This document shows positions 14,041-26,476 of a stretch of DNA of 64,000 bases, piece by piece; the stretch's first letter is position 1, and each line of letters starts with the position of its first letter. The stretch comes from Camelus dromedarius (lineage: Eukaryota). The position numbers were made by a program, and so were the translations under genes. Where the stretch lies: assembly GCF_036321535.1 (NCBI RefSeq), contig NC_087436.1:95606001-95670000 (forward strand). Reading direction: 5' to 3'. Below the pieces are notes generated by a model. The model was not told where the DNA came from, ran no database searches, and worked only from the letters and a program-made list of their open reading frames with translations.

Positions 14041-14359
14041 GTACTGCACATTATTCAGTCTCTACCTTCTATGGGCTTACCTGCTGGAGAAGACCACGCT
14101 GGCCTCAGCGGTGGGGGAATTTTTGAACTAGCTTGCTGATTCAGCAGATTTACCTTTATTCAGCAAATCTGCCCTGGCCATCAGCGTTTGCAGCTTGAGT
14201 TGGATGTTTGCATAGATCAAAATGTATTAACCAATCTCCTGAAGAGGATTTTCCCAACAAAGATCCTGACCCCTGGCAGTGCTTTAGTCACTTTGAACAA
14301 GCATATGTTTTTCAAAAGGGCGAAATTTCTGAAGCAGGAAACACCGTAAGATGAAGTGT

Positions 14360-14500
14360 GCCGTGGTATAGTCTTCCCAAACTTTTTTGTGCCCACGAGT
14401 TAGTGCAGATTCTGCTTCAGTAGGTCTAGGATGGAAATTTAGATGCCACTTCTCTGTCAAGTTCCAGGTAATGCTGCTGCTGTGGTCCACAGACCACCCT
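14360..14500. mobile_element. MER5-type fragment
   Basis: gcagattctgcttcagtaggtctagg..gtaatgctgctgctgtggtccacagaccacc. Confidence 0.65.
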
Positions 14501-14659
14501 GGGAGTATCAAGGCTCTGGTTGTCTTGGAGACACAGACTTGGGTTTAAGCCCTCAGTTAGCTGTGTAACCTCGGAGTTGCTTAACCTCTCTGACCTTAAG
14601 TTTCCTCTCATCAAAAGAGATGCAGTACTGAGCGAGTAGGATTATTAGAGAGAGCATTC

Positions 14660-15165
14660 TTTCAGTCTCCTGTTGCTGGTGTCACAAACTACCAAAAACA
14701 GATGTCTAAAACAACACATGTTTATTATCTTATGGTTCTGGGGTTGTAAGTCTGGAACGCGTCTCAGGGGATAAAATTGAAGCTCAGCAGGACTGTGCTC
14801 CTTCCGGAGGCTCTAGGGGAGAACTTGTTTCCTTGCCTTTTCAGCTCCTATGGGCTACCTGCATTCTTTGGCGTGTGGCCCCCTCCTCCATCTTCAAACT
14901 ACACTACTACCTCCAGTAGCATAAGGTTGCACAGCTCCTTCACCACCTCAGCTTCCACTGTCACATCTCCTACTCTGACCCCCCTGCCTCCCTCTTATAA
15001 GGAAACTTGTGATTACATTGAGCCCACATGGATAACCCAAGATAATCTGTCCATCTCAAGATCCTTAATCACATCTGGAAAGTCCTTTTCACCATATAAG
15101 GTGACACAGGCACAGTTTCTGGGGGTTAGGACACGGACGTCTTTGGGGGGCTTTATTCTGCTTAC
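14660..15165 (-). mobile_element. MaLR solo LTR (MLT1-like)
   Basis: ggaggctctaggggagaa..tttccttgcctttt; tgattacattgagcccac..ggataacccaagataatct; similar to 20440-20850. Confidence 0.85.
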
Positions 15166-15259
15166 TGCAATCACATAAAACAATTTAAATGGAGGCAGTC
15201 AGCCATGTGCCTGGCATGTAAGTACTTAACAAGTGTCAACCTGCCTGCTTTCCGGCTCC

Positions 15260-15425
15260 ACCCAGGGCAGAGATTCTAGAACTTTGGCAGTTATCACAGT
15301 CCCTCAGTAGCAGAGTTTCTGATTCAGTGGGTCTAGGGTGGGGCCTGCAACTTGCATTTCAAACAAGTTACCAGGTACCAGTGATGCTGCTAATTCCAGG
15401 ATAATCGTTGCAAGCTACTGGCCTA
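15260..15425. mobile_element. MER5-type fragment
   Basis: ttctgattcagtgggtctagggtggggcctg..tgcatttcaaacaagtt. Confidence 0.7.
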
Positions 15426-15664
15426 GTGGAAACGGGGTGGGCTTCAAAATCAGGCTAACCGGGGTTCAAAACCTGCTCCACCATTTGAGATATTACTTAA
15501 GCAAATGGGACTCGGTTTTCTCATTTGCAAAGGGTTCTTGGTTTGAATGGAGCTGTTTAATAAATTATTGAGCTATATGTCATCAATTTTTTTCTGTTCA
15601 TTGCAGTCAACAGACTTTCGTGTTATGGTATGGCATAGGCCTGCAGTGAACAGACAGGGCCCCG

Positions 15665-16070
15665 GTCATGGGTTGAATCATATCCCCCCAAAATGCATAT
15701 GTTGAAGTCCTAACTCTTAGGACCTCAGAATGTGACTTTCTTTGGAAATAGGATTATTACAAATGTCATTAATGAAGGTGAGGTCATTGGGGTGGACACA
15801 GATAACTGTGTCCACACAAAAAGGGGAAATTTGGACACAGGGTCACATACAGAGAAAAGATGATGCCAAGATACAGGGAGAACCCCATCTACAAGCCTAG
15901 GAACTCCCAGAAGCGTGAAGAAGGCCTGGAGCAGATCCTTGAGTGCCTTTAGAGGGAGCGTGGCCCTGCCGACACCCTGATTTCGGACTTCTGGCAGCCT
16001 GGACTATGAGATAATAAATTTGTTTTTTAAGCCACTCGGGTTGTATTATTTTGTCACAGAGCCCTAGGAG
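15665..16070 (+). mobile_element. MaLR solo LTR (MLT1B/C-like)
   Basis: tatgttgaagtcctaac..acctcagaatgtgac..ggccctgccgacaccctgatttcggacttctggc..ataaatttg. Confidence 0.85.
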
Positions 16071-16139
16071 ATTGAAAAAGCCCACCAAATTAGTTGCTTT
16101 GTTTCTTCTTTACTTACTGCAATACCTGGAGGACTGAAT

Positions 16140-16400
16140 CCTAGGAGGGCGGACAGCAGAGCCGAGCTGTCCTGTGAAACCTGAGAAGGGCGGTGCGCGC
16201 CCGCCGGCAAGGCTTCCCCCTCCTCCCGGGGCCGTGGGAGTGCCAGCGCCCTCCGTGCGCCGCGGCAGCCGGGTGCTCAGGTGCCATCAACTCTGCGGCT
16301 GCGCTCAAGGCGCACGCTGCCTCAAGGGAGCCCCACTCAGAGAGACGAGGTGCCCCACGGAGCTAGACAGTGGGGAATGGGGTTGCGTTTCTGGAAGGAT
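16140..16400. promoter_or_regulatory. Small CpG/GC-rich patch (candidate regulatory element)
   Basis: Many CpGs (gcggtgcgcgcccgccggc, gcgccgcggcagccgg) in otherwise CpG-poor DNA; not recognisably repeat-derived. Confidence 0.4.
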
Positions 16401-16409
16401 GTATCTAAC

Positions 16410-17855
16410 CCAGCGGCTAGCGACTATAAAGGGCCAGATAGTAAATATTTTAGGCTTTGCCAGGCACGTTGTCTGTGTCACAACCACCCAACTCCGCTGT
16501 TTTAGCACAAAAGTAGCCATAGATAATACATAAACGAATGAGTGTGTCTGGGCTCCAATAAAACTTTATTTACAAAAATAGGCAGCAACACCACAAGCAG
16601 GATCCAGGGAAGAAATTGTTGATAAGCTGGACTTCATTAAACTGGAAACTTCTGCTCATGAAAGACACCATCAAGAGAATAAACAGGATGCAGACTGGGA
16701 GAAAGTATTTGCAAAAGGCTTCTGCTAAAGGACTGTTATCCAAAATATCCAAAGAACTCTTAAAACAATAAGAAAACAACCTGATTTTAAAATGGGCAAA
16801 AGGTCTAAAGGGACAGATCACCAATGATGTTACACAGATGACAAGTAAGCATCTGAAAAGGTGTTCCACACCATATGTCATTAGAGAATTGCAAATCAAA
16901 ATAATGAGATACCACTATACACCTATTAGAATGGCCAAAATCCAAAACACTGATAAAACCAAATGCAGATGAGGATGTGAAGAAACAGGAACTCTCATTT
17001 ACTACTGGTGGGAATACAAGATAGTACAGCTAGTTTGGAAGACAGTTTGGTGGTTTTCTTATAACATTCAACATATTCTTACCATACAATCCAGCAATCA
17101 CACTCTTAGGTAGTTACCCAAATGAACTGAAAACTTATGTGGACACAAAAACCTGCATGTAAGTATTTATAGCAATTTTATTCATAATTGACAAAGCTTG
17201 GAAGCAATCATGATGTCCTTCATTAGGTGAATGGATAAACTGTGATACATCCAGACAAGGGAATATTATTCAGCACTAAAAAGATATGAGCTCTCGAGCC
17301 ATGAAAAGGCATGGAGGAAACCTGAATGCACATTACTAAGTGCAAAAAGTTAATCTGAAAACCCCACATACTGTATGATGTCAACTATATGACACTCTGG
17401 AAAAGGCTAAGTTATGGAGACAGTGAAAATTAGTGGTTGCCAAGGGGTGAAGGGAGGGAGGTATGAACTGGCAGAGCTCAGAGGATTTTTAGGGCAGTGA
17501 AATTATTCTGTATGAGACTACAATGGTGGATAATATCATTATTCATTTGTCAAAAGCCATGTAATCAACACCACGAAGAGTGAACCCTGTTGTAAACTAT
17601 GGACTTTGGATAATAATTGGGTGTCGATATGGGTTCATTGATTCTGGTTCAGAATGTAGGTGGTAGGGGATGTTGTGCTTGTGTGGGGACAGGGTATATG
17701 GGATATCTCTGTACCTTCTGCTCAATTTTGCTGTGAACCTAAAACTACTATAAAAAGAAAGCTTATTAAGTAAAAAAAACCAAAATATACAAAACCAGGC
17801 AACAAGCTGGATATGGCCCGTGGGCCATAATTTGCCAACTTTTGCCCACTGTTGG
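16410..17855. mobile_element. MER58A-like DNA transposon split by an L1MC-like insertion (~16589-17787, +)
   Basis: MER58 halves at 16410-16588 and 17788-17855; degenerate TSD TACAAAA(AT/CC)AGGCA(G/A)CAA at 16571 and 17788; the insert carries the ORF2 end and an L1MC 3'UTR (gtgaaccct..gtaaactatggactttg). Confidence 0.85.
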
Positions 17856-19469
17856 GGCCTGCATTTTTTGCTTTTATTGGCACTCCGTGTAGCCACCATG
17901 TACCCCATGCAAACGCCTATCAATGTTGGGTCAAACTCACTTCCAGAAAAAACCCATTACCAGACCATGGCCAGACATAGGGATGTTGTATGGTACCCAG
18001 CAGCTTTTTTCTACCTATAAGCAAGGATTCCTGGTCTTAAAGGGCAAATGATAAAAGTGGGCCTTCAGTCTGCAGAGAAATGTCAGGGTCCTTGGCTCCC
18101 AACAGGCAGCCCTCTTCAGCATTTCAGCCCTTAGATGAGCCCCAGGCGGCCATCACGGAGCGAGTCAGTAATGGGTTAATAGCCAAACCCAAACCGAAAT
18201 TTTACCTCTACTGCACTTTTAGAACAACAACTTGGATCTGGATTAACATTCGAGAAAATAACCCCTCAGGAAAATGTTCTCTAATAAAAGGATCCTATTT
18301 CTACTCCACCCTTCACCTTTTTTTTTTTTTTTTTTTTTTAAGTCAAGTCTGAAACAAGCTCAGAAGGCTGTCAGGCTGTGAGTGAGTGATGAGTCAGATG
18401 TTTAACCAAACAGGTCTGCTCTCCTTGAGCTGGTGGACACCTGCGTCAGCGGCGAGGGCGGGGCTTGTGAACAGGCAGCAGCCTCACCCACGGGGCCCTG
18501 CAGACACAGGCAGACCAAGTTCATCTTATTCAAGGAGGTAGCACAGCCACCCAGTTTTGGCACTGGCCTGGCCCCATGTTCTCTGGAACTCTGACCTGAA
18601 CTGTGTCATTGCTGACCCTCCTTAAAGTAACTACTTAGATCTGTAAACTATTCACTGCCCATAACAGATGCTTAGACAATGGGATGCCCTGGCAGCTGTG
18701 CCTTGAGAGGTCTGAGGTATTTGTGGGCTGACAGAGGATTCTCCCTACCGTCCCCCCACCTGCTAGGAGCAGTCCAGTCCTCAAATAGTAAAGCTGGGAG
18801 TAAAGGAAAGAGGTTACATTTACCATGTTAGATTAAAACATATCACATTGAATTCTCACCATGACTCTGTTTATTCTTCCCATTTTACAGATGATAAAAC
18901 TGAGGCTCACAGAGATGATGATTGTCCAATGACCCAAAGCTAATGAGCAGTAGACACAGGGCTAGAACCCATCTCTCCTGTCTTCCAGGGCACTGCTCCC
19001 TCCACTGTACCAGCTGGGGAGTATCTCCACCCTGATCTGGAGCAGCCCTTGAGAATCTGGACGTTTCTCGGGAAGTTGGAGGGGGTATAAATTTTGGAGT
19101 AGCCTCAGAGTAATTGTGGGGCTCTAAATCAAATCCAAGTACTGATATCACCCCCCAGGAAATCTAATCTGTTGGAGTGACCTTGAAGCAAAATGGAATT
19201 CTTAGACCCACATCAGGTAAGCAGGTTGAATTCACTGAGATAGGGACTGAGTAGACTCATCTCACAGGCACTGTGGTCAGTGACACCTCAAACACACGTT
19301 ACCTGTAACTTTATTCATGATTACTCCTAGGGATTTCTGCCCAGACAGAAACGGAGGACAGCCTGTTTACACTGAATGAACTGCAGTCACTTGGAACAAA
19401 ATAAAAATAAAGGACGAGGCCCTCCAGTATGCACTAGGAGCTTTTAAAGGTCCATATCCTTTGGCCCAA

Positions 19470-20235
19470 AGCTGTAGATTGCTTGCAAAAATGGCCTCAG
19501 TTCTCTGCCCCTTCCTGTATCCATGTCCTTTGCAATGTGACTTTTCAGCTGTTGCCATCCAAGGGTGGAGTTTCTTTCCCTACTCCTTGAATCTGGGCTG
19601 GCCTTGTGATTTACTTTGGCCAATAGAATGTACCAGAAGTAATGGTGTGCTGATTTCAAGTCTTGTACACTCTGCTTGCTCTGTGCATCTGTCATGTGGC
19701 AAGCTGGGGGCAGCCTCCTAGAGAATGAGACCACATGAAGCAAAGACAAGCTATCGGAGCTGATGCCATCGTAGACAAGCTGGCCCCTAGCCCATCTGAC
19801 AGATAATTACAGATGCATGATTCAGACCAGTCAAGGTGATAAATTGGGAGTTCGAGATTTGCAAATAATAACAACTATATATAAAACAGATAAAAAAACA
19901 AATTTCTTCTGTATAGCACAGGGAACTATATTCAGGAGCTTGTAGTAACCTATATGAAAAAGAATATGAAAACAATTATATGTATGTGTATGTATGACTG
20001 AAACATTATGCTGTGCACCAGAAACTGACACATTGTAACTGACTAAACTTCAATAAATAAATAAATAAACCAACTATATTTCAATAAAAAATAAAACAAA
20101 ATATTTAAAAAGATAAGAACCACCTAGATAAAAGCCAAGCCAAATTGCTGACCAGAATTGTGAGTGAAACACATTTGTGGCTGTTTTAAGTCACAAAGTT
20201 TTGAGCTAGTTTATTTTACAATAGCTATATAACAT
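19470..20235 (+). mobile_element. MaLR LTR (MLT1-like) interrupted by a short L1 3' end (~19838-20110, +)
   Basis: ccttgaatctgggctggccttgtgatttactttggccaatagaatg and tgttttaagtcacaaagttttg flank tgtatagcacagggaactatatt..gaaactgacacattgtaactgac. Confidence 0.8.
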
Positions 20236-20439
20236 AGTCATGTCATTTAATAATTTCTAATAGGAATCCATCCTAGTAATGCAGTCAGAGATTCCAACAA
20301 AATACGTATATATGGAAAAGCTTATCTTAGTGCTAATTATAATAGTGAAACAATTTTTGTAAAAATTTAAATAATCATTAACAGGGGATTGGTAAAATAA
20401 ACGTTGATATATCCATACAATGCAATTTTTTAAACTGAA

Positions 20440-20850
20440 GTCCAAAATAAGTTTCACTGGGCTAAAATCAAGGTATCGGCAGACCTGTGTTCCTCCCGAA
20501 AGCTCTAGGGGAATGTTTGTTTCCTTGCCTTTTCCAGCTTCTAGTGACTGCCCATATTCCTTGGCTCAGGGCCTCTCCCTCCATCTTCAGAGCCATTAGC
20601 GTAATGTTGTCACCTGTCCTTTGCCACCTCTGCTTCCATCATCACATCTTGTCTGACTCTGGTTCTCCTGCATCCCTCTCATAAGGAGCCTTGTGATTAC
20701 ACTGAACCCACCTGGATAAACCAAGCTACTCTCCCCATCTCAAGATCTTAAACTTAATCACATCTGCAAAGTCCCTTTTACTACATAAGGTAACGTCATC
20801 ACAGGATCCATGGATTAGAACACAGACATCCTTGGGGGCCCGTTTTCCCT
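20440..20850 (-). mobile_element. MaLR solo LTR (MLT1D-like)
   Basis: ttcactgggctaaaatcaaggt..tttccttgccttttccagcttctag..cacatctgcaaagtccctttt. Confidence 0.85.
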
Positions 20851-23289
20851 GATCATCTCACCACCCGCTCTGTGCTCATGTCTTGCTGGGTACTCTGTGA
20901 TCCCGTGTGATGCTGGCAAGGTCTTAACCAAATGGGAGAAATGAAGAGTGGGAAAGGTAGGCACTGTAACAGGGCAGAGGACAGGTAAGTAGCCAGGGAG
21001 CATCCCCAGAGCAAGGTGGAACCCTGGGGCCACATCCAGGGTGCAGAGCCAGTGCTTCCCCGGAAGCAGCAGGGGTGCGGCTGCTGCTCCGTCAGTGTTT
21101 GGGAGCCCTGCCTGGGGCAGCTGAGGCTGAGCAGTAATAAACAAACAAACAAATAAATAAATAACAAAAAACAGCTTCCTGTAACTGCAAGTACGGTAAC
21201 ATAAAGAGCTTTTGGAGTCAGGAAAGTGAAGCAGGAACTGGGGGTTTCTTGCAGTTACTCAGTGACTGACAGGAGTATAAAGGGAGGCCTTGAGAGCCTG
21301 AGGCTTGGAAGGTAGGCACCTGGGAGGCAGAAGTTCCTCTGGGACAATCACACCAAGGTGATGGGTCAACTGGGACAGATGTAGCAATAACCCAAATGTC
21401 CAAGTATTTGGCTGTCTGGGGAGCCAATTAAATTGTTCAACTCCATCCCACGTGTAGCGGTAGCACTTGTGCCTCCAAATCCTCTGGGAATTCCTGGGCT
21501 TAGGAAAAGGTTCTCTGCATCTTTTTTCCTCCATCATTAAAATCCATAGATTTTAAACTAAAGCAAGTCCTTCCACCTATAAGCTCCTTTTCCCTGGATT
21601 AGACCGGGGAATGAGTTCCCTTGCCATTGTCCGTGGGCTGCCCATGCAAGAACACACAGCTTCTCTCCCCTGACTTCTCCAAAGGCACCATCCACACAAG
21701 GCTCATGCTTGAGATTCAAAAAAGAATTATGGCACCAAACTCTAAACATCTTCAAGTTAAACCGTGGACTTTCCATTCTGATAAATCCTCCCGTCTCATT
21801 ACCAGTAAGTCGTCTGCTGTGTGTCTTTGTCCCCTTAATCTTGCTTTAGAATTCCTCATCCTCTGTTCATCCACTACCACCCTTTGGTTTCTTCTCACCC
21901 TCAGACTCAGTTGTCCTCACTTTTTAATGCAGATGAATTGATCTCCGCACCCTGACCCTACCCCCACAACTCAACTGCAAAACTGGAGCCTTATTTCTGT
22001 GCCCTGCCAAGCTCTGGACAATTCACTCCCGGTCCTAGCGACAAAGAGTAGAAGTAAGTTCTGAAATATGACCTTTCTTTTCTATCTCCCTCTAGTCTCT
22101 GTGAGAGAAAGGGGGCGCTATGGAGCTGGATTCTCCGAATGTATGCAGCATCCCTTTCTGTTTTAAATAGCAATTCTCCTTCTCACATTATAGAGACAAG
22201 GAGGGGAAGGCATCAATTTCAGGACCCAAGGCCCCAGTTTCCAGTCCCAACATTGCCAAGTGACCTGGAGTATATCACTCCACCTCCTTGAGACTTGGTT
22301 TCCCTACTGGTAAAGAGCTGCAAACATGTCCCAGCACAGTCGTGATGCTTATAGAAGAAAACAGGGGTAATCTTCGAGAGTGGTGAAAGACTATAGATGA
22401 CGAGAGGGTTGTTAGTAACATTAGTAAGGAAACTACTGTTTATGCAGTTGGTGATCAATCGAGACAAGCAGTTGGTCGGTTGGTTGATTTTCCCACAGTA
22501 TATCTCAGAGGGCTGAGTAATAAGGAAAACTGAAATGAGGCGACTGGATGGCCAGCTCAGCCCAGGCTGGCTTGAGAATCAGGCTGTCCTGTTGCCAAGT
22601 ACGGACAGGCCACCCACATGCAGAGGGTGATGGGGCAACCATGGGTGGTCTTGAGAGACCACTGGCATTTTCCATAGTTTTAGGAAAAAAGAAGAGAATG
22701 ACAAGTCACCAGCTAGATCCACGTGGGGGCTGACGTCATCGGACTTGGCCCGGCCTTCTTTACATGAGGCCTCTCACTCCTGCACATCAAAGCCGAATGC
22801 AGAATAGCAAAATACCAGGTGAAATGTTTGGTTTGGGGTTACTTTTCATTGACTGCTAAAATTGTATCGTTGCCTATAACTTAGCAACATCAACTTCCAA
22901 GACTTTGTGATTTATTACCCTTTCCGTCTCTTTGTTTGCTTTTGATTTTTAATAAATAGATTTTAAACTAAAGCAAGTCCTTGATGATGCAAGAGCTGTG
23001 AGATGCTTCTTAAAATAAGGGATGATGATCATGGCCGAGTAAGTTTGAGAAATAGCGTGGCCCATCAGACTAATGGACCAATTAAGTATGGTCCATTAAA
23101 GAACCACGATGCATGTTTCAGAGCTCCTAAGAAGTCCTGAAGTAAAGAGATCTGTTTAATTTCACTTAACCCGGTGTTCTCCAATCTTACCCTCTCGCTC
23201 AACCTTCTCTATTATTCCTAAAGAACACTTTTTAACATCCAATAGAGATCGTTTCCAAACAAGATTATTTGAGGAATGCTGCTCCATTG

Positions 23290-23740
23290 GGCATTTCCGT
23301 GTGTCCTCCTGTGGGTCTGCTCTAGCCCCTCTTCCTGCTGCTCGTGCTTAGAAAGGCTGACTTGCCTCAATTGCCTCAAGAGTCTCTTGCCTTCTGGGTT
23401 GGGTCCAACCAGAAGAGAGAAAAGGGTAGGGAAAGAATGAGGTCAAAGTATTAACTTCCCCAGCTCATTCCTTTCAAGGTTCTGCCTGTTGCTACCTGAA
23501 GGTCACAGTGGCCCTCTGTTCACACTGATTTCCTCCAGGTTCTATAACCAATCTTTCTTTTGCCCCTTCAGGCAAGGGTGGTACCCGCTCCCCAGTGTTG
23601 CTAATCCATCCTGGTTCCTGCTCCATCCCTTCTTGGTTTCCCTTAACTCTGCCCACACCTTGGTAAATTGTCCCTCTAAAACACTCGTCTTAGTTACCCT
23701 ATTTGCATATACCCCCTTTTTCCTGCTAGAACCCTGACCA
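23290..23740. mobile_element. ERVL-class LTR (LTR16/33-like), diverged
   Basis: Ends ccttaactctgcccacacct..gtaaattgtccct..ttcctgctagaaccctgac; similar to 46000-46490. Confidence 0.6.
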
Positions 23741-25523
23741 ATGCACTTCTTTAAATCCATGAGGGGCTAACAAAAAAGTCTAACATGATAACATAAGAGA
23801 AATATTTTAAAATCTTATTGATAGCCAATTGCAGTTAGAATCCTGCTATCCTGCAAGATATGCCAGAGCTCAGGCTGCCAGTGTTGCATTCAGATCCCTG
23901 AAATGGCTCAGCCTGACGTCACTGACACAACTTCCTGTCCTGACTGCTTGTGCATTACAATATCACAGCCTTGGACGGACTCTGACAAGGCCAGGTCACA
24001 GTGTCCAGCCACATCCTGAGCTGTTGACAAAGACCGCCAGTCCCTTTTAGGATATTCAGATTGCTAAATTGGAACACCAGTTAGGAAACAATTTCTAAAA
24101 AAGCAGTTCTGATGCCAGACTAATGAAAGGCATCTGTAGTGGGTTCTCCTTTATAAATGGGACACTCTTTCATGTGCTTCCTTGCCAGGATTTTTGAAGA
24201 TGAATGAAAAAACAAATTCAATAGGATAGGTCCCTTATCCACAGTTGGTTATCAAATATGGACTAACGTCTACTGAGTGCAAGCACTGTATGTGCTAGAG
24301 CCAGGGGGCCTGTGGGAGGAGGAATAGAAATGAATGAAAATGTTGGCCCTTCCTTTGAGGAATTTACAGTGTCATTTAAAAAAAAAATATATATATATAT
24401 AAATATTTATATATATAAATAGATATAATCTCAACATTTGAGCCAAATCATAGAAAGCTTAAAAATGGTTGTTACAAATAGTTCAGATACCTAACGTAGG
24501 TACAAAAATCTTTATATTCTGTCCAATGTTAAGGCTGGGTTTTGTGTGTCTGTCTGTCTGTCTGCTTATGTGCATGCAAAGAAAGGGCAAGTTTAGAAGC
24601 AGTATGAGATAAGGAAAAGGGTATGAATTTCAATTATGTGAGTTTTAGAGTTAATTATTTGTGTTAATTTGCATAGCCATATGTAAGTGATTTAATCTTT
24701 CTAAAATTTCCTCATCTGAAAAATACATAAAATAAATGAAATGTACTGAATATGTAGGTAGACACAGCTGTCATGAAGATTCAATGAAATAAGACCAACC
24801 AAGGGGCCAAGACTGAGCTGGCCCTTTGGAGGCCCACAGGGAATATCAGTTCCCCTACCTTCCTTCAGAAAAAAAACAGACTTTTAAATCTATTTGTAGT
24901 TTGTTTCCAAAGGCTTTGTGGAGAAGGTGAAACTTTTAAAGGGCTAATAAAGGGGAGGGGGCCTACAGAAATCATGATTTTTCAGATACTACCAGAAAGG
25001 GCAATCAGAGAATTGAAAAAAAGTTAAAGTGTCCCCAGAAAGGTTATGCCACCCATTCTGTTTCCTTCAGAGAGAATTAAACTAGCCCCAAGAATACTCT
25101 TTTCCAAAGGAATTTCTAGAAATGTAGTCCCATAACCCACCTGGGTAGGATCTTCTAGAGCCCCTCAGATTTAATCTTCAAGCCCTTACATTCAAGCTCC
25201 TCTCTCTACTATTCAGCACAGGTTTCTTACCTGCAATTTCAGCGGTACTGCCGTGCCCCGCCCCGTCCTGTGTCCCCTACGATGGTGTAAATTTACTCAC
25301 ACTTCATACCATGGCTGTCTCTGTTTCCTTTTACATCATCATTTGTACCCTCTGTTTTCCAATCTTCAAGAAAGTTTTATGTAGGTACCAGACTAACATG
25401 GGAAGGAGACTTTGGAAATAAATTCAGCTTAGATCCTGAGGTGCCTTCATTCCAGGGAAACTTTTAAAACCAGCTGGAGAAGAAATGACCACTTTGTTTA
25501 GAAGAGCTGGAAAGCCTTCAAAG

Positions 25524-25524
<1 letters not shown>

Positions 25525-25586
<62 letters not shown>
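25525..25586. repeat. (TG)n microsatellite (~31 units)
   Basis: Directly visible. Confidence 0.97.
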
Positions 25587-25589
<3 letters not shown>

Positions 25590-26476
25590 GACATTTGCAA
25601 ACTGCTTGCTTCCTCAACAACTGTACCCCCTGCAAGAACCCATGAATTAGCCAACTGGTAAGGTGACCTCTGATGACTGCAAATACTATCCTACCCAGAA
25701 CTTCAAACATCATTTAAAGACAGGAAATAATTCACTTCCAAACTACAACACAGTTTATTTAGCAGGAAGGGACAGGGCCACTCTATACATTGGCAAGAGA
25801 CTGAGGAAAAGCTGGTAAAGGACTTCCTTGTTTGTTTCCTGGGGCTGTGGCCTGTGGACCATGGTAATTAGGGGACAGGGTGGAACCCTCTGGACTGAAA
25901 ATGATAGGAAGGGTGCTGCCCTAATTACTGGACTTTATTGGGATGATACTTGAGGTGTGGTTATTACCATCTGCTGAAATTAACTAGACCTCATAAATGG
26001 CGGGTTAGTGTTCTAAAAGGAATTGGCATTATAGGTTGCCCTGATGCCCTTAAGTGGAGACCATTCAAAGACCAGATCAATGGTCATCTTAAATACAGAG
26101 ATGTGCTTGGTGTTTTTGCAATGAAACCATTTTTGGAAAGAAGATACCCCTTAATGCATGACTTTCTTTGGCATATCCTGGGAGCATTTGAGCACCTGGG
26201 GACACGCATATCTGATCCTGGCCCTCACTGAGTTGATCGTAATTGCCCATTGAATTACTTGTCTATCTTGCTTGGCTGTAAAATGTAACAATTTCAATGA
26301 CTGAGGAGTGTAGCGTGCTCTGAAGTCACCTAGCAAGGGTAACTAAGGGAATTAAGAAAGTTATGGGAAGTTTCCCTGAGGAGGTGACATCTCAGCCAAG
26401 ACCCAAGATGGAGGAGTCTAATCAAGCCAAAAGATAAGAATGGCAACCCCACCTGCAGCACGGTTCACCAGGCTGG

